From contig NIVC01002820.1 of NCBI GenBank assembly GCA_002269645.1, positions 1-64,000 on the forward strand: DNA of 64,000 nucleotides. Reading direction: 5' to 3'. Each line of letters opens with the position of its first letter. The stretch's first letter is position 1. Below are positions 12,787 through 22,687 of this stretch, in pieces. Under the pieces are notes generated by a model. That model saw only the letters and a list, made by a program, of their open reading frames with translations. It was not told the DNA's origin and made no database searches. The stretch is from Macrostomum lignano. Lineage: Eukaryota. The translations under genes and the position numbers were made by a program.

Positions 12787-13586
12787 TTAGACATAGTCTA
12801 CATGCTTGCTTAATGTGCCTTTTTTATGGCAAAATTTGCATTCCATGTTACGAGCAAAGCAATCCCAGGGACGGTGACCTGTTCTGTTGCATCTGTAGCA
12901 GACTCGATCGCACTTGTTGGTGTTTAGAGTTGATGTCCGCTTGTCAGTCTGTTTGAACTGTAGCTTGTTAGTTGATCTGTTTTCGATTTTGCTGACTGTG
13001 TTGCGCGCCTCATTGGTTGGTTTTTCAATGTCTTCAGCCTGCGTTTTTGTTGCTTCGAAATTCTTGCTGATTTCTACTGCTTTCTTTAAGGTGAGGTCAG
13101 AGCCTTCCTGTAGCAGCAGAGTCCTTAGCGGCTTTGATGTGCTCTTTAGGACTATCAGATCGCGTAGCAGATGATCCTCGAAGCTGAGCTTCACTGTGCT
13201 CTCATTTCCTTCAGGCTTGTACTCAACGTGCAAGTTGCAGTACTTTGCTGCACTTTTTAGACAGCTGTAGAAGGAATCAAACGGTTCTCCCTCTATCTGG
13301 CTAACTGACAGCAGCTTGTAAGTCTCAAGGACGCTGTTCGTTGCGCCTTGGAATAGAGAGCTGAGCGCTTCCTTCGTTGCTTCGTAGCCTTGTTCATAGC
13401 TTACGGTTTGCAACAGCTTTCGGATTTTCGGCCCTGCTAGAAGCAATAATGTAGCTTGCTTCTTTTCGTCAGCTATTCCTTGCACTTCCATGAGCAGCTC
13501 GACTTCCTGCACATACTCGTTCCACTTATCTGCATTGTTGAGCGGATCTTCGTCTGGATCAAAATGTCGAATGCTGTAGAACTGTG
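12787..13586 (-). pseudogene. Gypsy gag body with CCHC zinc knuckles; its first codons lie at 20488-20499
   Basis: CYRCNRTGHRPWDC knuckle. The second knuckle CKFCHKKGHIKQAC is broken by a 1-nt frameshift near 12820. The real start MASAQFYSIRHFDP is recovered by excising the CACTA element; the track's MKKAP N-terminus is CACTA terminal sequence. Confidence 0.88.
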
Positions 13587-14092
13587 CACTGTAAATAAAA
13601 AGTAGCCGAAAAAGTAGCCTGAAGGGTGCCGGTTGTAAGTAGCCGGATAGGTGCCAAAAGTGTCCAATTTTCGGCGCCTTTTTCAATATTAGGGTGCCGC
13701 AAGCGGCTAATTCTAGGCTTTAAAAAGTGCCGCATGCAGCCACTTTTAGGTTAAAAAAGTAACCGCTTGTGACACTTTTTTGTAGAAAAGGGCGCCGAAA
13801 ATTAGACACTTTCGGCACCTATCCGACTAATTACAACCGGCGCCCTTTAGGCCACTTTTTGATGATTAAAATATGGCCCTTCCAAGAACTTACTCCTTCA
13901 ATATCCTGAGCGTTTCAACTAACCAGCTTTCTTTCGGTCATTTGATGTATGTAGTTGGTTAGTTAATAATAGTGAAAAAAAATCATTCAGTGGCAAATCT
14001 TGAGTGCATAATTTTTAAGGTTTGAAAAAAATAATGTAATTTTGAAGTTAAGCATATATTTAAAATTAGACACTGTTTTCAGCAAATTGGGT

Positions 14093-15046
14093 TAGCTAGT
14101 AGCATGAAAAATTGCACAGAGAGCATGTTTAGCACCTTAAAAGAGTCAAGCAATGAAAATAAGAAATAGTACTTTAATTTTAGTCAGTGAACAACAAGGT
14201 TTAGCTAGTAGCATGAAAAATTGCACAGAGAGCATGTTTAGCACCTTAAAAGAGTCAAGCAATGAAAATAAGAAATAGTACTTTAATTTTAGTCAGTGAA
14301 CAACAAGGTTTAGCTAGTAGCATGAAAAATTGCACAGAGAGCATGTTTAGCACCTTAAAAGAGTCAAGCAATGAAAATAAGAAATAGTACTTTAATTTTA
14401 GTCAGTGAACAACAAGGTTTAGCTAGTAGCATGAAAAATTGCACAGAGAGCATGTTTAGCACCTTAAAAGAGTCAAGCAATGAAAATAAGAAATAGTACT
14501 TTAATTTTAGTCAGTGAACAACAAGGTTTAGCTAGTAGCATGAAAAATTGCACAGAGAGCATGTTTAGCACCTTAAAAGAGTCAAGCAATGAAAATAAGA
14601 AATAGTACTTTAATTTTAGTCAGTGAACAACAAGGTTTAGCTAGTAGCATGAAAAATTGCACAGAGAGCATGTTTAGCACCTTAAAAGAGTCAAGCAATG
14701 AAAATAAAAAATAGTACTTTAATTTTAGTCAGTGAACAACAAGGTTTAGCTAGTAGCATGAAAAATTGCACAGAGAGCATGTTTAGCACCTTAAAAGAGT
14801 CAAGCAATGAAAATAAGAAATAGTACTTTAATTTTAGTCAGTGAACAACAAGGTTTAGCTAGTAGCATAAAAAATTGCACAGAGAGCATGTTTAGCACCT
14901 TAAAAGAGTCAAGCAATGAAAATAAGAAATAGTACTTTAATTTTAGTCAGTGAACAACAAGGTTTAGCTAGTAGCATGAAAAATTGCACAGAGAGCATGT
15001 TTAGCACCTTAAAAGAGTCAAGCAATGAAAATAAGAAATAGTACTT
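14093..15046. repeat. 109-bp tandem array, about 8.7 near-identical copies, inside the CACTA element
   Basis: TAGCTAGTAGCAT recurs at 14093, 14202, 14311, 14420 and onward to 14965. Confidence 0.95.
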
Positions 15047-15216
15047 TTGATTTTGATTGATAATCAGTTGCTTTCAGTCCTTGTCAGTCAAGAAATTATT
15101 TTTATAGTAGAATATATATTTACCTAATGAATTTTTGCATACATTATTCTATGAAAGCAACCTGCTATCAATCACATGATCAGTCACAGGTTCAAAAGTC
15201 CTTCATTCAGTCACCT

Positions 15217-16899
15217 TCACGGAAGAATTCGTGAAACATTTTTCACGGTGGCATTGCGGGTCCGCTTGGGGTTTCGAAGTCCCATGAAAATTTCAATTAG
15301 TTGAACTGCATTCTCAGTTTGGCAGTCATGCTTAAGATTTAGTGCCGGAAACACGAGTACATAAACTAAAATTGCTTCCAGTGCGGTGTCAGTTTTCACC
15401 AGATGGCCAGGCACAGCAACACCAGTCCAACGAGCATCGAAGTTCTCAGCCTGAATGCTGACAAGGCGCTTAGCATTGAAGAAGCCATCCAAAGACACAA
15501 CTTTTGCTTTGATTGACAGCAGCATTAGGCCTCTTTTGACATTTGTATCAGAGTCATCACTGGACTCAAGATAGGGCCCGGCACGCTTGCACCTAGCAAA
15601 CAAAGATGCACTGCGACCAAACCAAAGCAATAGAAATTTTAGGCGCTCAAATAAATATTCAACAGATGTGCTTGACTGTGGCAAGTAGTCACTGGACTTG
15701 GCAGAGGTGTACAACTCAATGACGCGGAGTGCCTCATCACACAAAAGTTGAGGATGGCCCAACAATGGGTAACGTGACAGTTGCTGAGCAACTGTCATGT
15801 ACTGAGCAGCTTGCACACGGTGTTGGAAAGTTGTCTTCATCAGCTCAGATGCCGTCCCAATAGGAACAGTTAACTCGCCATTTGTAATCATCTCCTGCAT
15901 TGCTGATTCAGTTGCATCACCATCCAGAGTCCCTTCTGGCCCATGATCTTCTATCATTGATGCCAGATCACTAGCTCGAACTTCGGACTCATCATCATCA
16001 TTGTTGTCATCGTCCTTATCATTGTCACTACTTTCAGATTGGCCAGCAGAAGGCAAATTTTCTTCAGCAGATTCAGGATCCAATTGAGGTGGCCGGCGGC
16101 GCTTAGATCCAGAGGCACAAGCCTCACCTTGTGATTCAGTGGCAGCAGCAGCATCAGAGCTTTTCCTCCCAAACTTTTCACGCATCTCCAAAATTTTTGG
16201 TGGCAGGTCAGAAGAATTGGTAAATGTGGTTTCACGCCAATTCCTGATGCGACGCCGAATTCCAATCCGCCAGAAGGTATGACCAAGTCCACCTTTGACA
16301 GGATTCCACCGTTCTGCATCAGCAAGATTAGGAAACTGTCCAACAATTGCACTTGAAAAGACTTTCATCTCTTTTGAGCTTAAGTGTGGTTTTGTTGCAT
16401 TGATGTACTTTGTTGTGATGTCATTCATAATTGGCCTGAGCAGTGCATTCACAAAACCTTGATCATTCTTCAATACAGCAGCCTTCTCTTTTGTGTTTGC
16501 CTGGCTTATTTTCTCAACAAATGTCTCTGGATAGCTAGGCAGCTCATAAGTGGCAGGGACTTCTTGGACTTGAACCTGTGAACTACTGGAAGTGTTTTCC
16601 TTATCAGGTCCCATTTCCTTGGAAACTGTTGATGGCTCAGGCTCTACATTTGAGGCTTTAAAAAGGAAGACCTGGCTGCTTGGATTATCGGCAGTGATTG
16701 CTTTCCAAGTGTCAGAATCTGCAATTTCGAAGCCATCCTCTGTGCAAACAAGTGGGCTTGGCACATTGCTGATTCCTAGGGCTGTACATCCAGCAGTTAC
16801 AAAATTGTCAAAGTCAGAATTTTGCAGGTTGATCAGAACTTTCTTCTCCTTTCCAACTGCAGAAATTTTGTACAATGGCATGAATTCAGCTGCGGGCAT
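15217..16899 (-). CDS. CACTA accessory ORF2 (TnpA-position protein), 560 aa, function unassigned
   Basis: Uninterrupted 560-codon ORF downstream of and co-oriented with the transposase, inside the TIRs; has an acidic/NLS-like middle (SKRRRP, DDKDDDNNDDDE). Confidence 0.75.
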   Translation of the reverse strand: MPAAEFMPLYKISAVGKEKKVLINLQNSDFDNFVTAGCTALGISNVPSPLVCTEDGFEIADSDTWKAITADNPSSQVFLFKASNVEPEPSTVSKEMGPDKENTSSSSQVQVQEVPATYELPSYPETFVEKISQANTKEKAAVLKNDQGFVNALLRPIMNDITTKYINATKPHLSSKEMKVFSSAIVGQFPNLADAERWNPVKGGLGHTFWRIGIRRRIRNWRETTFTNSSDLPPKILEMREKFGRKSSDAAAATESQGEACASGSKRRRPPQLDPESAEENLPSAGQSESSDNDKDDDNNDDDESEVRASDLASMIEDHGPEGTLDGDATESAMQEMITNGELTVPIGTASELMKTTFQHRVQAAQYMTVAQQLSRYPLLGHPQLLCDEALRVIELYTSAKSSDYLPQSSTSVEYLFERLKFLLLWFGRSASLFARCKRAGPYLESSDDSDTNVKRGLMLLSIKAKVVSLDGFFNAKRLVSIQAENFDARWTGVAVPGHLVKTDTALEAILVYVLVFPALNLKHDCQTENAVQLIEIFMGLRNPKRTRNATVKNVSRILP

Positions 16900-17135
16900 T
16901 AATAATAAAATTTTGAAGTGATTAATTTCAGAGTTCAGACATTACTTAGACATTGGACATTAAGTAGACATTATATTGAAACAATAGTCTTAGGTCTTTC
17001 TTAGGAATTGTGGCCAGCAGTTTTTTAAGATTTTTCTTATAACAAATTCATAATCTTGCTATATATCAAAACCATGATTCAATGCATATTCTTTTTCCAC
17101 ATTTAAAAACATAGTTTTAAGATTATGGACACTGA

Positions 17136-17588
17136 TTAGAAGGGCAAAAAGGAAGATAAAATAGCATAGTGTTTACCTGCAATTATGTCTACAAATACTG
17201 GTGGATGGAGAAATTTGTGTACTGGATCAATAATATTAACTTGTGATGTTGGTTTACAATAAAAAGTAAAGTATGATGGCAAAAAAATGGAATTGTAATT
17301 TTTTGTTACCAAAAGCCACTTGCCCTTAATGCATATAATTTTAAAAAGTGATGATAGGGTTAGATCATAGCAATCATCAAAGTCTTGATGTTTACTTTGA
17401 AAAATAATCATTGACTTGTACTTAGTTGGAGCTTTAAACTCTAATGACCCTATTTTTAAACTACTTGCTACAATACAATCCTTAGGCATATCATTTATAC
17501 TAGGCAACTGCAAATAACTAGCAATGGTTTCGATTGTTTGAAAATCAAAAAGATTAACAAGTGATACTTGCTGTAAATTTGAAGCCAA
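17136..17588 (-). CDS. Probable C-terminal continuation of the CACTA transposase in another frame
   Basis: 150-codon ORF overlapping the end of the transposase ORF; the frame change lies next to a 7-bp (GTAGACA)n duplication at about 17608-17640. Confidence 0.45.
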   Translation of the reverse strand: MASNLQQVSLVNLFDFQTIETIASYLQLPSINDMPKDCIVASSLKIGSLEFKAPTKYKSMIIFQSKHQDFDDCYDLTLSSLFKIICIKGKWLLVTKNYNSIFLPSYFTFYCKPTSQVNIIDPVHKFLHPPVFVDIIAGKHYAILSSFLPF

Positions 17589-19786
17589 TGGACATTAGAC
17601 ATGTAATAGTAGACAGTAGACAGTAGACAGCCAGTAGACATTGTAATAGCTTGATGCAGTTGAAACCTTTGTGCTGCTGTTGCACATACATTTTTAAAGC
17701 AACGTACTATAGGTATTATTTTTTTAAAGTACTGATGGATTGACTCAAATCTCATTGTCCATGCTACTTTCAATCCATTATACATAGGGATTAGGTCTGG
17801 ATAATGCAACATATAATGGAGTTTACATTTTTTTGATAATTGATTGTTTGATACTTTGTATATTAGGTTATTATGTTCATTTATTAAGGTAGCAATATAG
17901 TCTGAATTGTGTTCTTCTTCATCTAAAGTTGATAATAAAATGGCCAGAACTTCACAATGTATTAATAGAAGATTCATGATATCATACTTAATTGGATTAT
18001 TACTGGAAAGAACATAAGGCCCAAAATAAAGAGGCATTCGATGGATAATGTGAATCATATCTGCTGCACAGAATGGCAATCTATTATTGTTGATGTGTGC
18101 TGGCAAAAGAGAAGGCATTGAGACAGGGAAAAGTTTGAAAAGCCTTTTGATATTATCAAAATTTAGGATTTTGTGCCTTAATAAGAATTTAATAGCAAGA
18201 CAAGCAACGAAGTGTGATGTACCTTCTAGTAAATCATGAAAAAAATCTGGGGGGAAAAAGTAAGGCATGGTAACATATCCAAGACCATTGAATGGACAGT
18301 TTTGCTTAATTCCAGTTTGAATGCTAATGTCCCAGCTATCATCTCTACTTAAGTCATCATGCTTAGTTAGACAAAAATCAATGTCAGTAGCCTTTGCAAT
18401 ACAAAATCTACATGCTTGGCCTGATACAAAATTTGTCCCAAGTCCAACAAGTGAATTAATTGATAGGTTGTCACCAGTACATAAACATGCAATAACTGGA
18501 ACATTTATTTTTTCCCCATTTAAAGCTTCAAATGTAATTCCATAGTCATACAGATTATTCAATTCTTCAATCAAAGGAGAATATAGCTCTTCAAGGTTGA
18601 GGATATTATCTTGAATAATTTTATATTTTACTAAGCAAGCTAAAAAGAAACACTTTTCTTGAGATGCAATTTCCTTTGGCAGATTTAAAATTCGATAGTA
18701 AATTGCATAAATTTTATGCTTACACCTAGCTTTACCAATTGGGTTTGCCACTTCAAATTCATCTGTATATAGTGCAAGATAAATAGCATCTTTAGGGTCA
18801 TTTTCAATTAATGGTTTGATATAATTTTCAAAGTATGGACTAGAAAAGAAAGGTGATTTTTCCTTTAATTCCCCAGTAAAAATCATAGATTGAAAATATT
18901 TATTTTGTAAAACTGAAGAAATATTGCTTTTGATTGGAATATAAACAATACTATTCCTATTAAATAATGGTACTTCAATAGGTTCAACAAATTGATAATG
19001 CCCTTTAATAAAACTTAACAACTGTGAATCACTTTCTAATATTTCAAGGCAAGTATCAAAGAATGATTCTAATTGCAAGAAATCTTGGACCCCTTGGATG
19101 GTTTTATTTGGAATACCTTTTTCTTTCAGGAATTGACAAATGGTTGATAGATATAATATACTAAAGGAAGAAAAAATGCCTTTTACTTGTAAACTTAATG
19201 ACCTTGCTGTACTATTTGGTAAGCTGAAATAATCTCTAGCTTGAAAATAAAACTTTGCCATGTTGCAACCACTGTTTGATTTTAACTTTTCTTTCAATTC
19301 CCATGCAGATGATTCTGGCCTGGCTAGTGCTAACATAGAAACAGGAGGCCTAACTAGGTTTGATAAATCTCTAGACCCTTCTTGGTTTTTAAATTCAGCA
19401 TGTACAAGCTGGTTTTGCTCAATGTCAATAGGCATATTTATTGTAGAAGATCCAGTCAGTAAGTGTTCATTCATATGCATATCATTGGCACTGGCTTGAT
19501 TGCTAGGACTTATGTCTGTAACATCAAATTGAAATGGCTCAGTTAAGCTTTGACTTAGGATAGTATCACTGTGGAACCTAGAAATATGCTTGATAGTGGC
19601 TTCTTTCGAGGATGAAAATACAAAACAATTCTGTAATGGACACTGAAACTTCAGTTGAATTTCAGCTGACCTAGTGGACAAGAGAGGACAATAATGGCGA
19701 TAATGCTTTAAAAACTGGGATAAAGAAGTGCTCTTACAACCACATTTACATGTGAACATGGACAAGGAGTTATGACTTGCCATCAT
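17495..19786 (-). CDS. EnSpm/CACTA-type DDE transposase with two N-terminal C2H2-like zinc fingers, 763 aa
   Basis: Motifs LALYTDEFEVANPIG..KHK, GDNL, CRFC, PPDFFHDLLEG, KLHYMLHYP and WTMRFESIHQYFK, typical of animal EnSpm transposases; CKCGC..H..H and CPLQNC..H...H fingers. Confidence 0.9.
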   Translation of the reverse strand: MMASHNSLSMFTCKCGCKSTSLSQFLKHYRHYCPLLSTRSAEIQLKFQCPLQNCFVFSSSKEATIKHISRFHSDTILSQSLTEPFQFDVTDISPSNQASANDMHMNEHLLTGSSTINMPIDIEQNQLVHAEFKNQEGSRDLSNLVRPPVSMLALARPESSAWELKEKLKSNSGCNMAKFYFQARDYFSLPNSTARSLSLQVKGIFSSFSILYLSTICQFLKEKGIPNKTIQGVQDFLQLESFFDTCLEILESDSQLLSFIKGHYQFVEPIEVPLFNRNSIVYIPIKSNISSVLQNKYFQSMIFTGELKEKSPFFSSPYFENYIKPLIENDPKDAIYLALYTDEFEVANPIGKARCKHKIYAIYYRILNLPKEIASQEKCFFLACLVKYKIIQDNILNLEELYSPLIEELNNLYDYGITFEALNGEKINVPVIACLCTGDNLSINSLVGLGTNFVSGQACRFCIAKATDIDFCLTKHDDLSRDDSWDISIQTGIKQNCPFNGLGYVTMPYFFPPDFFHDLLEGTSHFVACLAIKFLLRHKILNFDNIKRLFKLFPVSMPSLLPAHINNNRLPFCAADMIHIIHRMPLYFGPYVLSSNNPIKYDIMNLLLIHCEVLAILLSTLDEEEHNSDYIATLINEHNNLIYKVSNNQLSKKCKLHYMLHYPDLIPMYNGLKVAWTMRFESIHQYFKKIIPIVRCFKNVCATAAQRFQLHQAITMSTGCLLSTVYYYMSNVHWLQIYSKYHLLIFLIFKQSKPLLVICSCLV

Positions 19787-20545
19787 AAAAAAATGAAGCC
19801 AAAGTAAAGCTTAATAGCTTTGGAACTATACAAGTAAAATTCAGGAGCCATTGATTACAGTACAGTACAGGCAAAAATTAAAACGATAAGGATGGCTTAC
19901 TAAATATTAGGACAGAAATAAAAACTATCAGTAGCTAAAATACAAAGTTTCTACAAAGAGCAACGAGACAGTCAGACACTGTTATTCACAAAGAAATAAT
20001 TGTAGCAAGTTAGTTGTCTGAAACTGAAAACGAATATTCGACAAATTTGACAATTAGGAGATTTTAAGCATGCAATAATCACTCTGCTCAAGCAAAAGTG
20101 TTTGATTTTTAAAAAGAAATCATTATAAGAAAACATACAAGCATCTTTTTTCAATTATAAAACTATCAAGCTTCAAGTTATTTATATGCTATTCATAAAG
20201 CACATGCATTTAGATACTTTGCTTTACAGACTTTTGTAAATGAATTCCAATCTTAAGTATAGGTACTTTGTACGTTGTACAACTGGCTACTTTTTAATTA
20301 TGCAGCTCCCATGGCTTTGTCAGGATTCCCTGCGGATTTTTTCAGTATGAAAAATACCTAGCAGGTTGCAGATAATGAAAACTAAATATATGTAACTATT
20401 TTTGAAGTGATTTAAGAAATTCAACAACCGGCTACTATAGACTATTTTACAACCGGCTACTTCTGCGGCCACTTTTAATTTACAGTGTGCTGAGGCCATC
20501 CTGTGAGGTATTTTCTTTATAGTACATCCGTAGCTTTTTCTTTTC

Positions 20546-20558
20546 ACCGCTGCCACCA
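20546..20558 (-). promoter_or_regulatory. Primer binding site, tRNA-Leu type (TGGTGGCAGCGGT)
   Basis: One nt after the 5' LTR; complementary to the ACCGCTGCCA-CCA 3' end of eukaryotic tRNA-Leu(AAG/UAG). Confidence 0.85.
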
Positions 20559-20559
20559 A

Positions 20560-20684
20560 TGTGGTGTTCGTATGGCCAAGCAATCTAAAGTTTCTCTTGG
20601 CGGTCGCGTGTATTTTAAAGAACAAAATACTCTATGGTACAAACATAGATAAATGAAATGAACATTCAGTCTGGGGATACCACA
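20560..20684 (-). repeat. Gypsy 5' LTR (125 bp)
   Basis: Direct repeat of 9161-9285; followed by the PBS and the gag ATG at 20499. Confidence 0.95.
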
Positions 20685-20688
20685 GTAC

Positions 20689-20970
20689 CATGGAGGAAAG
20701 AATTTTTATCTCGCTCGATCTTAACTTTTGGCATCCCTTTCCCCCCGTTCTTTCCTATTGGCTCGTGACTGCCATAGACAAAGTATTTTTCGTCTCGTTT
20801 TCGTTTTCGTTCCCCTCTGAAAGGTCTGTCCCAGCATAGTATGAGCTCGCATCAAAATATGCTTTCAGCCAATAGGAAGGAACGGGGGGAAAGGGATGTT
20901 GAAAGCGAAAATCGAGCAAGATAAAAATAACTGGCTCAGATTAGCACTCCATTCTATTCTTTCCTCCATG
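20689..20970. mobile_element. hAT-type MITE (282 bp) inserted at the Gypsy outer junction
   Basis: TIRs CATGGAGGAAAGAAT / ATTCTTTCCTCCATG; long internal inverted repeat; 8-bp TSD CACAGTAC (20681-88) / CACAGGAC (20971-78), one mismatch. Confidence 0.85.
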
Positions 20971-21419
20971 CACAGGACCCTCTTGTTGAATGAACCAAAA
21001 GGCAAATTAAAACAAAATAGCAAATAGCAAAAAATATAAACTAAGTAAGTTCAAGTTGCACAATGGAGTAAACAAACTAAGTCACATTCAAAGTGACCTT
21101 AGTTGCATTTAGAAGGAGCCTTTTGGTGGAGACCTGAAAAATGAAATAGGGAGACCAAGTACATTTTTTCCAATACAGAGCCACCCTCTCCACACTATTT
21201 AAGGTCTTTTCCCTCTAGAATCTGCTCCCTGCCCCACTAACAAAATTTTGGTTGTGCCATTGTTCATAAAGAAACTATCTCCATAGCTTCTAGGTAAGAG
21301 CTTTCAGAAGCCATGCCATTAGATAAAATTAGATAGCCATTAGATAAAAATCAAAATCACCAAAGCTAGCTTAAATAATACAAAAATAATACAATGAAGG
21401 CTGAATACTTCAGGCCGAC

Positions 21420-22687
21420 CCCAGTTGGACCAGTCTGGCGTGTCCGCAGGATGCCATCGCTCGAGGCTTTGGCAGCCCCTACACCCTGTTTCAGCAGTGG
21501 CAGCGGGAAGTCTCAGCCAGGTCCGGCAGAGCAGCTTCAATTGCAGTTTTAGCAACCGCCTGCAGCGAAACTCTCGGGCCTTCGCAGCGACCTGTACAGA
21601 TCTTCAATGGTGTTGGCAGCGCGGCCGGCTTCTTTATGCTGACTGTTGGGGGTAGTAGAAAGGTGGGTGCTATTGCGCACTAAAGAATGACATTAAAGCT
21701 TCATTGAATTGTGCGGTCATTAGTAGAACAATAAACTAAGTCCACTTTATGACCTTGAGGTCCTTAACAAGATTATAACGTACTATTGAAGACTCTGAGG
21801 TTTTGTGTGAAAGACCCTGGTGTCCTCTTGGAGCCCTCGGAATTCCAGTGAAGGACCCTGGTGTCCTCCTGGAGCCCTCGGAATTCCAGTGAAGGACCCT
21901 GGTGTCCTCTTGGAGCCCTCGGAATTCCAGTGAAAGACCCTGGTGTCCTCTTGGAGCCCTCTGAATTCCAGTGAAAGACCCTGGTGTCCTCTTGGAGCCC
22001 TCGGAATTCCAGTGAAAGACCCTGGTGTCCTCTTGGAGCCCTCGGAATTCCAGTGAAAGACCCTGGTGTCCTCTTGGAGCCCTCGGAAGTCCAGTGAAAG
22101 ACCCTGGTGTCCTCTTGGAGCCCTCGGAAGTCCAGCAAAAGACCCGCAGCCCTACCGCATTGTGCTGTGTCCACACAGTAGCCAATTCCTCCGCATCGCA
22201 GATGCAGTAGCTTCGCAGCAACGCCAGAGCCTCCTTGCTGTACAGCTGGCACCAGTTCGGTCGCTACGTCAGCATTGAAGGCCTGGCCAGCGCAATCTCA
22301 GACCCGGTGCGCACCTCTGCACTTTTCTCGGAAGGTTTCCCACCGTCCATCCGGGCGGCCTTCATCGCTGCAGGGGATCGGCAGAGCCGGGCCCTGACTG
22401 CCGGTCAGGCTGACCAAATCGCCGATGCCGCTAGGCTGGCGCTGTTGCCAAACAACGGTTCGGACATTAACCGGCCGCCCGACTCGATGGTGTTGGTTCA
22501 CTTCGAACCAGTTTATTACGAGTTTTATCAATCCGATCTGTCTGGCGAGTCTTGCTCGGCTGTGTGCTTAGCGTACTACTCATCTAGCTGCGCTACTGAC
22601 AGTAGTGCTAGCAGCGAGCTGGCTGTTGATGACAGTGCTACATTTGCCGGTGACAATAATTGGCTTCTCAGACAGCTGTGTCCCTGA
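21420..22687 (+). other. Two GC-rich exon-like blocks (about 21420-21655 and 22150-22687) of an unassigned gene or pseudogene
   Basis: Open frames LACPQDAIARGFGSPYTLFQQW...FFMLTVGG and LRSNARASLLYSWHQFGRYVSIEG...LCP*, separated by a minisatellite as in this window's introns. No family recognised and junctions not resolved. Confidence 0.3.
21809..22140. repeat. 41-bp minisatellite, about 8 copies
   Basis: Unit GAAAGACCCTGGTGTCCTCTTGGAGCCCTCGGAATTCCAGT. Confidence 0.95.

Larger units (their letters stand above)
13587..20487 (-). mobile_element. CACTA/EnSpm (CMC) DNA transposon, 6.9 kb, two long ORFs
   Basis: TIRs CACTGTAAAT.AAAAGT / ACTTTTAATTTACAGTG; 2-bp TSD TG (13585-86, 20488-89); subterminal ACAACCGGCTACT-type repeats at both ends; transposase plus second ORF. 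Confidence 0.92.
9161..20684 (-). mobile_element. Full-length but decayed Ty3/Gypsy LTR retrotransposon (about 4.6 kb native) carrying nested insertions
   Basis: Two 125-bp LTRs with TGTGGT...ACCACA termini; PBS; PPT; domain order gag-PR-RT-RNaseH-IN; TSD GGACC at 9156-9160 and 20975-20979 once the MITE at 20689-20970 is removed. Confidence 0.95.

Noticed and set aside
13587-13686. Track-predicted gag N-terminus MKKAPKIGHFW
   Set aside because: It lies within the CACTA terminal region; the true gag ATG is at 20499.
14093-15046. Regular repeat arrays here and at 21809, 25363, 30865 and 45023 as possible CRISPR arrays
   Set aside because: Units are head-to-tail with no unique spacers, there are no cas genes, and the context is eukaryotic with spliceosomal introns.
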